Assembly: GCA_041484665.1 (NCBI GenBank) | Contig: JBGPIA010000002.1 | Coordinates: forward strand, 448,001-512,000 | Source: Candidatus Krumholzibacteriia bacterium | GTDB taxonomy: Bacteria; Krumholzibacteriota; Krumholzibacteriia; JAJRXK01 | Length of the DNA stretch: 64,000 bases | Direction of reading: 5' to 3' | Shown here: in pieces, positions 55,447 to 64,000 of the stretch | How positions within the stretch are numbered: position 1 is the stretch's first letter | How the letters are laid out: each line of letters starts with the position of its first letter | Notes under the pieces: generated by a model | Database searches by the model: none | What the model was told of the DNA's origin: nothing | What the model saw: the letters and a program-made list of their open reading frames with translations, nothing else | Made by a program: the position numbers and the translations under genes

Positions 55447-57126
55447 ATGCACGCTCTGCCGATCCGCGACTCGCGGGCGCGCCCGCGCGCGCGCTGCCGC
55501 GCGCGCTCCCGCGCGCGTCCCAACACCGGCGGCGCCGGCACGGCGCTGCGGCGAGCCCTGACCGCAGCGGCATTCGCGACCGCGGCGGGCCGATGGGCGG
55601 CACCGGCGGTCGCCCAGAGCCCACCAGGCCCGGCCCCGTTGGCCAACCCCTCCCCCTTGGCCGCGGCCTACCAGCCGGCCGTCGAGCGTATCACGCACGA
55701 GGCCCTCGGCTCCCGCGCGGCCTACGAGCGCCTCGCGATCCTCTGCGACCACTTCGGCAATCGCCTGAGCGGCACGCCGCAGCTGGAGGCGGCCATCGCC
55801 TGGGCGGCCGCCGAGCTGCGCGCGGATGGCCTTGCGAACGTGCGACTGGAGCCGGTCATGGTCCCCGTGTGGGTGCGTGGCGAGGAGCGGGCGTTCACGC
55901 TGGAGCCGGCCCGCCACAAGCTCTCCATCCTGGGGCTAGGCGGCAGTGTGGGGACACCGCCGGGGGGCATCACGGCCGCGCTGGTCGTCGTGGGTAGCTT
56001 CGCCGAGGCCGACTCGCTGGGGCGGTTGGGCAGATTACGGGAGAAGATCGTCCTCTACGACGTGCCCTTCACGAGCTACGGCGAGACCGTGCGCTACCGC
56101 GGCGGCGGCCCTTCCAACGCCGCCAAGCACGGCGCGGTGGCGGCGCTGGTGCGCTCGGTCGGACCGATCAGCTACGACACTCCCCACACCGGCGCGCTGC
56201 GCTACGCACCGGACGTGCCGAGCATCCCCGCGGCGGCGGTCACCATCGAGAACGCCACCATGCTGCGCCGGATGCAGCAGCGCGGCGACGCGATCCAGGT
56301 GCACCTGGAGATGGACGCCCACATGCTGCCCGACGCTCCCTCGGCCAACCTGTTGGGTGAGATCGTGGGCCGCGAGCTGCCGCAGGAGATCGTGGTGATC
56401 GGCGGCCACATCGATTCGTGGGACGTCGGGCAGGGTGCGCAGGACGACGGCGTGGGCTGCATCCTCTCCATGGCCGCAGCGCAGCTCATCAAGCGCCTGG
56501 ACCTCAAGCCGCGCCGTACGATCCGGGTCGTGCTCTTCACCAACGAGGAGAACGGCCTGCGGGGCGGCAACGCGTACCGCGACGCCCATCGCGCCGAGCT
56601 GCGCAACCACGTCGCCATGCTCGAGACCGATTCGGGGAATGGGCCCGTGTTGGGCTTCCGGCTGCACCTGCCGCCGCTGGGAGCCCCGCCGACGAATGAC
56701 GGGAAGGCAGAAACGCCGCCGGCGGCGGCCGGCCCGCCGCAGCCGGCCCCGGGTTCGCCGCAGCCGGCCCCTGGTGCCGCGGCCACGCCCGAGGACCCCC
56801 CGGTGGCTGCGGCAAAGCAGCGTGCTCTGGACTTGCTGGCGGAGGTGGGGCAGCTGCTCGCGCCGCTGGGAGCCACCACGATGCACCTGGCAGGGTCGGG
56901 CGCCGATGTCGGCCCCAGCGTCGAGGCGGGCGGTGTGGGGATCGGCGTGGAGCACGACATCGCCCACTACTTCGACGTGCACCACACGTGGGCCGACACC
57001 TTCGACAAGGTCGACGCCGGCGAGCTGGCGCACAACGTGGCGTGCGTGACCGCCCTGGCGTACGTGCTGGCGGACATGCCGGGGCGCCTGCTCGTGGCGC
57101 CTGCGCCGCCGCCCCCGGCCCGCTGA
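55447..57126 (+). CDS. M28-family metallopeptidase (carboxypeptidase Q-like), exported
   Basis: FGNRLSGT, WVRGEE, LGLGGSVGTP, PHTG, GGHIDSWDVGQGAQDDG, NEENG, YFDVHHT.ADTFDKV. Start approximate. Confidence 0.92.
   Translation: MHALPIRDSRARPRARCRARSRARPNTGGAGTALRRALTAAAFATAAGRWAAPAVAQSPPGPAPLANPSPLAAAYQPAVERITHEALGSRAAYERLAILCDHFGNRLSGTPQLEAAIAWAAAELRADGLANVRLEPVMVPVWVRGEERAFTLEPARHKLSILGLGGSVGTPPGGITAALVVVGSFAEADSLGRLGRLREKIVLYDVPFTSYGETVRYRGGGPSNAAKHGAVAALVRSVGPISYDTPHTGALRYAPDVPSIPAAAVTIENATMLRRMQQRGDAIQVHLEMDAHMLPDAPSANLLGEIVGRELPQEIVVIGGHIDSWDVGQGAQDDGVGCILSMAAAQLIKRLDLKPRRTIRVVLFTNEENGLRGGNAYRDAHRAELRNHVAMLETDSGNGPVLGFRLHLPPLGAPPTNDGKAETPPAAAGPPQPAPGSPQPAPGAAATPEDPPVAAAKQRALDLLAEVGQLLAPLGATTMHLAGSGADVGPSVEAGGVGIGVEHDIAHYFDVHHTWADTFDKVDAGELAHNVACVTALAYVLADMPGRLLVAPAPPPPAR
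56735..56771 (+). repeat. 21-nt-period tandem duplication inside the M28 peptidase (PQPAPG twice)
   Basis: cgccgcagccggcccc at 56735 and again at 56756. Confidence 0.7.
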
Positions 57127-57376
57127 CAGCGGCGCGCCGGCGCTCGCGACCGGCCGCGCAGGGCCAAGCACCTCCCGCGGACGCGTCGCTCGCCGTGCTC
57201 GTGTCTCCCGATGTCACAGAATCGGATTTGACCGCACGCCGCGCGTTGCGCTGCGTGGAGGCGCGCAGCCATGCGCTCGCCAGCAGCGTGGAGAGCATCC
57301 CTCCCAGTCTCGCCCGTCCACCTCGGCGCCGGAGGCTGCGCGCAGAGCAACCGCTTCATCCTGAAGGGAGACCGCC

Positions 57377-58669
<1,293 letters not shown>

Positions 58670-58677
58670 CGGCCCCT

Positions 58678-58713
58678 CCGGGACGCCGGGGCCCACGGGT
58701 CCCGGCGTGCCGG
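58678..58713 (+). terminator. Long GC hairpin just after gltA (no U-tract)
   Basis: ccgggacgccggggccc / gggtcccggcgtgccgg: 15 of 17 positions Watson-Crick plus one G-U. Confidence 0.5.
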
Positions 58714-58828
58714 GTCGGATCGAGTCCTCCCCCCCGGGCGTTCCATCCCCGGATCGCTGCCGCCGTACGTAGGAACACCGGTCCGTGGCTGTGGGCGCGC
58801 GTGGGACGCGGGCGCGCCGGCAGGGGTC

Positions 58829-58858
58829 TTTACACCCCCGGACGGCTCCAGCTACACT
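58829..58858 (+). promoter_or_regulatory. Candidate sigma70-type promoter for the large secreted protein
   Basis: TTTACA-18 bp-TACACT in an otherwise very GC-rich spacer. Confidence 0.5.
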
Positions 58859-59128
58859 TGCAGAGCCTGATCGGGCCAGACGACAGGACGTACCGGCTCC
58901 CCTCGCTGCTCCGGGAGGTACCCCACCTCCACGAAGCACGAGGAATGCAAGGTCCGAGCGCCGGCTGAACTTCCGCCGCGCGCCCCCGGCAGGGCGCGCG
59001 TACGGGGGCCCCCGTCCGACTCCTGTTCTCGTCCCGAGACCGCGTGCAGGCCCGGCGCCGCCGGGCCGTTGCGGGGAGTGCGCGCGGCAGGCAGCACGGA
59101 CGCCCACCTTCCAGGAGGCCACATCAGG

Positions 59129-62100
59129 ATGAAGTCCTTCGCTGCTCTCGCTTCCGGTCTCGTCCTGCTTGCCGCTGCCGGTGGCGCCGCGGCGGCGGCC
59201 CGTCCGCCGAGCGGCCCCCCCCCCTCGGCCCACGCCCGTCCCGAGCTGAGTCTCTACGATCCGGCTGCAGTGCTCCACGGCGGCAGTTCCGATCTCGCCA
59301 AGACACCCGCCGACAGTTTCAACATCTACGGCGGCGTCCGGTCCGACGGGAGCCACAGCCGCCTGCCCGAGGGGCAGTTCAACACGCTCAACTGGTTCCC
59401 CCAGCTGCAGGGCTGGAACAGCGTGGACCTCACGGAGGTCCCCGCCCACTGGCACGTCTCCACGTTCAATGCCGCCATCCTGGATGCGGGCGTTACCCAC
59501 AACCACGCGATGTTCGACGGCGTGGAGACCGGCACATCGGGCTTCACCACTGCTCCGGGCTATGGCAACAACTGGAACGACCAGCTCGACTGGTACGGTC
59601 AGGCCAATCCGGCGATCAACACCACCACACGGTTGACCTTCGATTTCAACCACGACACCGAGCCCGGCTACGACTTCTTTCGCGTCCAGTTCGACTCGGC
59701 GGGCACCATGGTCACCCTGGCTGAGTTCACCGCCAGCAACAAGAACGGTGCCGGACAGTTCATCACGCCGGTGCACTTCGACGGCAGCGTACTCTTCCGC
59801 CCCAACATGTACGTGGGCACCACGTCGAAGTTCGTGCACGAGCGCCTGCGTGTGACCAGCGACGGAGCGTGGTCGGACGAGGACGGCCTCTGGCCCACCA
59901 GCGGGGCGGCCCAGGTGGACAACGTCCAGGTGCGTTTCAATGGCGCCCTCGTGCTGCAGCACGGCGACGGAACGGCCAGCTTCGAGCCCCTGGGTGGCGG
60001 GGTCTTCGACACCGAGTCGTGGTCCCCGGTGGCAGCCGACTTCGCCGGAGACTTCGGCAAGCTCTTCCCCCAGCTGGCGGCCATCGATCCCTGCCGCATC
60101 GATTTGACGCCGCAGATCGGCTTCATCGACGACGGCACGCCGCCGCGCAACGCTCCCACCCGTTCCACCGGAGGGTCGACCTCGCCCACCTGGGGCTACG
60201 GCGTGGAGGGCGGCTGGGTGGTCAACTACACGGGGGGCCTCACGCTGGGCGCGCAGGGGATCAACAACGAGTACTGGTCGCCCGAGATCGTCTGGAACGA
60301 TCCCACCACCACCGCAGACGACGCCCTCACGGGCGGCGCCTTCGCGCGCTGGAACGTCTGGCAGCACCTGCCGCTGCTCAACGGCATGTTCTGGGTGTGG
60401 CACGTGCGCAGCTACCCCGACCCCACCGGCACGTGGACATCGTGGCAAGACCGCAACTTCGTCTACTACGGCGGCGGCGTCGCCCTCTACGCCACCGTCC
60501 AGGCCGACGTCTCGGATCTGCTGGTCAACAATCCGCAGAAGGTCCAGCTCGCGCTGGGTACGGTGGACCTCGCCGATCTCTTCGGGTACCCGGGCAACGA
60601 CGCCACGCCGTCCCCCACCTTCGACAACGTCAGCTTCTGGAAGTACGCGGCCACCGGCCCCGCCTTCACCACACGCGAGATCGACCTGTTCAACGACGCA
60701 TTCGCCACCGGCGGCGGGTTCAACTACAAGCGAAACCCGGCCGACCTCTCCGTGCGCATGGACATGGCGCGCGACATCAGCACCGGCACGGCCAACGCGC
60801 CGGGCGACTCCATCATCGTGGACGTGGTCGCTACCGTGCCCGGCACCACGCTGGCGGGCCCGGGGCCCGGTGGGCGGCCCGTCATGCGTTGGATCCTGGA
60901 CGCCAACCCGGCGTTCAATGCCGTGCGTTCGCTCCCCCCCGGTGCCGTTGCGGCGGGTGTGAGCGCGCGCGGCTTCAGCCAATGGCGGGGCACGGCAAAT
61001 GGCGACTCGGCGCGGACCGCCGGAGGCTCTGCGATTGCCCATCGCTTCTTCTTCGACGTGCCCAATGACGGGCCGGCGCTGCGCCCCTACCAGACCAACG
61101 AGCCCAAGCTGTTCTTCCCCGGCGACATCGTCCGCTACTACATCGAGGCCCGGGACAGCGGGGCGCACAGCTCGACGCTGCCGGCGGACACCGTGGGGTT
61201 CGCGCGTGGAGTGGCCTACAACCGCGTCTTCACGATCCGCGCGCTGCCGACCCTACGCGTGACGATCGCGGGGCACGACACCACCGTCACCCAGCCGCGC
61301 ATCCTGGTGGTGAACGACTTCGGTCACCGCGGCGGCGAGGACGAGTGGCTGCAGGCGTTCGGCCAGAATGGCCTCGTGGAGGGGGTGGACTTCGACACCT
61401 ACACGGTGCAGGGGCCGAGCTCGCTGGTCAGCAACGGTATCGGCTCGGCCGGCGCCCACGGCGCCAACGCGCAGCAGCTGCAGGGTTACTCCAGCGTGCT
61501 GTACGACTGCGGAAACCTCTCCAACGGGCTGATCAGCAATGGGTCCAACGCCAACGGCAATGACAAGGGCGACGACGCGGGCACCCTCACCGGTTGGCGC
61601 TCGCAGGCGGCCGATCGTTTCGCCGCGTACTTCGGCGACAACATCGGCGCAGGCCTGGTCAGCCAGGGCGGGACGTCGCTCACGTTCCTGGCGAACGCCA
61701 TGGGCGTGACCTACGTCGCCGACGACGTACGCCTGGAGATCGGCGACCAGACGGCCCCGCTCGCCAAGCCGACGGGCCAGGGTTCGACCGTCGGTCTGTT
61801 CTCGCAGGTGTACGTGGCCTACGGCGGCTGCTTGTCGATCAACCAGTTCGACAGCATGCGGCCGGCCGCCGGAACCGGCGCGGTCAGGGCCCACGAGTTC
61901 CTCAGCCGCAGCGGCGTCCCCGGGCAGTACGGCCCCGCCGCGAGCGTCTACTACGCACGCACCGACACCCTGGCCGGGACGCCCCGCCGCCGCGTGGCCC
62001 TGACCTTCCCGTACGGGTTCCTGTACGTGCAGGACATCATCCCCAAGGCGCCCGGGGGTGCGTCGGGACGGGCGAAGCTGCTGGCGGAGATCCTGCGGGC

Positions 62101-62434
62101 GTTCGGGCTCCCGATCAACAACGGCGGCGCGGTCGCGACCGATCCGGTGCCCGTGCGGCGGCTGGTGGTGGAGCAGAACCATCCCAACCCGTTCAATCCC
62201 GCCACGACCATCCGCTTCAGCGCGCCCGCCCGTGGCCACGCCCGCGTGACGATCTACAACCTGCGGGGTGAGGCCGTGGCCACGTTGCTGGACGGCACGG
62301 TGGAGGCGGGCGAGCAGACAGTGACTTGGCGCGGAGTGGACGGGCGGGGCCGGCCTGTGGCCAGCGGCGTGTACCTCTACGAAGTCGACGGCTTCGGCCA
62401 GAGCGCGGTCCGCAAGATGGCCCTGATCCGCTGA
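59129..62434 (+). CDS. Large secreted multidomain protein with C-terminal FlgD-Ig/T9SS-like sorting domain
   Basis: SD AGGAGG. Signal peptide MKSFAALASGLVLLAAAGGAAA. Body rich in T/G/N/D/W. Tail QNHPNPFNPATTIRF...IYNLRGE.VATL...WRGVD..GRPVASGVYLY. Confidence 0.88.
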   Translation: MKSFAALASGLVLLAAAGGAAAAARPPSGPPPSAHARPELSLYDPAAVLHGGSSDLAKTPADSFNIYGGVRSDGSHSRLPEGQFNTLNWFPQLQGWNSVDLTEVPAHWHVSTFNAAILDAGVTHNHAMFDGVETGTSGFTTAPGYGNNWNDQLDWYGQANPAINTTTRLTFDFNHDTEPGYDFFRVQFDSAGTMVTLAEFTASNKNGAGQFITPVHFDGSVLFRPNMYVGTTSKFVHERLRVTSDGAWSDEDGLWPTSGAAQVDNVQVRFNGALVLQHGDGTASFEPLGGGVFDTESWSPVAADFAGDFGKLFPQLAAIDPCRIDLTPQIGFIDDGTPPRNAPTRSTGGSTSPTWGYGVEGGWVVNYTGGLTLGAQGINNEYWSPEIVWNDPTTTADDALTGGAFARWNVWQHLPLLNGMFWVWHVRSYPDPTGTWTSWQDRNFVYYGGGVALYATVQADVSDLLVNNPQKVQLALGTVDLADLFGYPGNDATPSPTFDNVSFWKYAATGPAFTTREIDLFNDAFATGGGFNYKRNPADLSVRMDMARDISTGTANAPGDSIIVDVVATVPGTTLAGPGPGGRPVMRWILDANPAFNAVRSLPPGAVAAGVSARGFSQWRGTANGDSARTAGGSAIAHRFFFDVPNDGPALRPYQTNEPKLFFPGDIVRYYIEARDSGAHSSTLPADTVGFARGVAYNRVFTIRALPTLRVTIAGHDTTVTQPRILVVNDFGHRGGEDEWLQAFGQNGLVEGVDFDTYTVQGPSSLVSNGIGSAGAHGANAQQLQGYSSVLYDCGNLSNGLISNGSNANGNDKGDDAGTLTGWRSQAADRFAAYFGDNIGAGLVSQGGTSLTFLANAMGVTYVADDVRLEIGDQTAPLAKPTGQGSTVGLFSQVYVAYGGCLSINQFDSMRPAAGTGAVRAHEFLSRSGVPGQYGPAASVYYARTDTLAGTPRRRVALTFPYGFLYVQDIIPKAPGGASGRAKLLAEILRAFGLPINNGGAVATDPVPVRRLVVEQNHPNPFNPATTIRFSAPARGHARVTIYNLRGEAVATLLDGTVEAGEQTVTWRGVDGRGRPVASGVYLYEVDGFGQSAVRKMALIR

Positions 62435-62518
62435 GCGCGCGCGCGGCCGGGGAAACGCATCGCTCGTGCGGGGGGACACAACGACGCCGGGGCTGGCAGG
62501 TGCCGGCCCCGGCTCGTT

Positions 62519-63610
62519 TCAGTGCTGGCGGGCCCGCGCCGGGCCCCCGAACAGGGCGGCTGCCGAGGGCGCGCCGCCGGGCGCCGCCTGCAGCGCCGCA
62601 GCCGCCCGCACGGAGTCTGCAGGCGCAGAGGCGGGCGGCGGAGGCGCTGCGGCGATCTCGTAATCACCCAGCATCGCCAGCTCGCGATGGGACGGCACCT
62701 CGCCGCGCCAGGCCCGCTCCACCTTCCCATCGCGCAGCCACACCGCGGTGGGGATCTCGGGAGCCACCAGGCGGAACTCGGTCTCCGAGAGCACGTGGAT
62801 GGGATACGTCGGCCGAAACGCCGCGATGAAATCCTGCACGTCCTGCGGCCCGCTGGAGGTGACCGCGATCACCGGCAGCGCGGGCAGGCGGTCGGCGATC
62901 ATCTGCACCCCGCCGGCGTAGCTCCAGCAGTGGCTGCAGTCGGCGCCGAACAAGAACACCAGTCCCTGCTTGGGCAGCGTGACCGGCGGGTCCGCGCGCG
63001 ACAGCAGAGCCAGATCTTGAGACGTGATCCTGGGCGGATCGGAGGTTTTCTGCGCCGGGCTGCCCGCCAGGAAACCCGCCGCGGAGATGCAGAGCACCCC
63101 CCACGCCATGGCGTGGCGGAAGCCAGCGTTGCCCACCGCCGCGTCGCGGCCCCAGCGCAGCACCACAAGGGTCAGCGCCAGCAGCACCACGTTCTTGACG
63201 AGCGAGATCTGCGGCGTGGCCTCGAGCAGCTTGCCGAAGCAGCCGCAGTCCCGGATCCCCAGCTTGATGGCGTAGACCAGGATTCCGGAGAACAGCACCA
63301 GCAGCACGAGGTTCGCCCAGGCGGCGAAGCGCCGGAAGATGCCCGTGATCAGCAGGAAGCCCACGGCGATCTCGCCGCCCACCAGGCCGGTGCCCAGCAA
63401 GACAGAGAGGTGTCCGGGCGTGAGCCGGTAGCTCGTGATCGACTCCACGAACGTCGTCGGGGAGGCCAGCTTGGCCAGCCCGGCCACGATCATGGTGAGC
63501 CCGACGAGCGCCGCGGCGAGGGTCGCCAGCCGCGCGCGCCCCACCGCAGGCGCCGCAGCGTTCCCGGTGGTGGGCGCGGCATGAGGATCGGTTGGATGCG
63601 AGGAGTTCAT
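62519..63610 (-). CDS. MauE/DoxX-family membrane protein fused to a thioredoxin-like CxxC domain
   Basis: GLAKLASP..F, GEIAVG, DCGCFG, KNVVLL, then FLFGADCSHC and IPTAVW (cis-Pro-loop-like). Confidence 0.8.
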   Translation of the reverse strand: MNSSHPTDPHAAPTTGNAAAPAVGRARLATLAAALVGLTMIVAGLAKLASPTTFVESITSYRLTPGHLSVLLGTGLVGGEIAVGFLLITGIFRRFAAWANLVLLVLFSGILVYAIKLGIRDCGCFGKLLEATPQISLVKNVVLLALTLVVLRWGRDAAVGNAGFRHAMAWGVLCISAAGFLAGSPAQKTSDPPRITSQDLALLSRADPPVTLPKQGLVFLFGADCSHCWSYAGGVQMIADRLPALPVIAVTSSGPQDVQDFIAAFRPTYPIHVLSETEFRLVAPEIPTAVWLRDGKVERAWRGEVPSHRELAMLGDYEIAAAPPPPASAPADSVRAAAALQAAPGGAPSAAALFGGPARARQH

Positions 63611-63855
63611 GGCCCCTAAGTTCTCCCGGATCGCTGGATTGTCAAGTCAACGGCCTGTAAACGGAGTGTAAATGGCCGTCCTCGACCGGTGGCTGGAGGG
63701 GTTCGTGCGCGGGGAAGCGCGCCGGCCGCGCGCGCATCCCCCGCCTTGGGCCAGGTCGGGCCCGCTCTCCCCAACCCGTCCCAGATGCACTATCTTTGGC
63801 GGCCAGCGAGCCGATCGCGTGCGAACCACGAGACGACGACAAGGAGCGGAAGCGT

Positions 63856-64000
63856 ATGGCGGATTCCAGGACGGCCACCCAGCCGGGGGCGGGTGCCGCC
63901 AGCAGCGCCGAGATCATGGCGCTGACCGACCAGTACAGCGCCCACAACTACCACCCGCTGCCCGTGGTGATCGCCCACGCCGAGGGCGTGTGGGTCACGG
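63856..64000 (+). CDS. rocD: Ornithine--oxo-acid aminotransferase (partial, runs off the right edge)
   Basis: Manual translation after [66 protein letters not shown] is characteristic of OAT. Confidence 0.85.
   Translation, partial: MADSRTATQPGAGAASSAEIMALTDQYSAHNYHPLPVVIAHAEGVWVT

Overview
Chromosomal window from a very GC-rich bacterium (roughly 70% by eye). Gene content suggests, by inference only, a non-Bacteroidota member of the FCB group such as a Krumholzibacteriota/Latescibacterota/Eisenbacteria-like lineage: a porU-porV pair, several secreted proteins ending in PNPFNP...WDG...GVY FlgD-Ig-type tails, a Bacteroidota-style M23 peptidase and a Bacteroides-style Spt. About 45 CDS are supported. 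Most are housekeeping or metabolic (accA, dnaE, ppiD/surA, tatA, folK-dNK-panB-panC, acyl-CoA dehydrogenase, large NAD-GDH, etfBA, aceE, gltA, rocD) or DNA repair (MrfA/MrfB-like pair, AlkA, DEDDh-WYL). I saw no rRNA, tRNA, CRISPR array, transposase or prophage. Four items stand out. (1) A compact candidate sphingolipid operon (Spt, bacterial ceramide synthase, reductase, Aur1/IPC-synthase-like PAP2) with adjacent GT4, methyltransferase and a Thr-nucleophile sulfatase-fold protein. (2) A Rho whose N-terminal RNA-binding domain is replaced by an Arg-rich plus G/P/Q/R/N low-complexity region. (3) A T9SS-like PorU/PorV module with FlgD-tailed cargo. (4) A DEDDh exonuclease-WYL fusion. All calls come from motif recognition by eye; no searches were run. 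Start codons are often re-chosen relative to the supplied ORF track.
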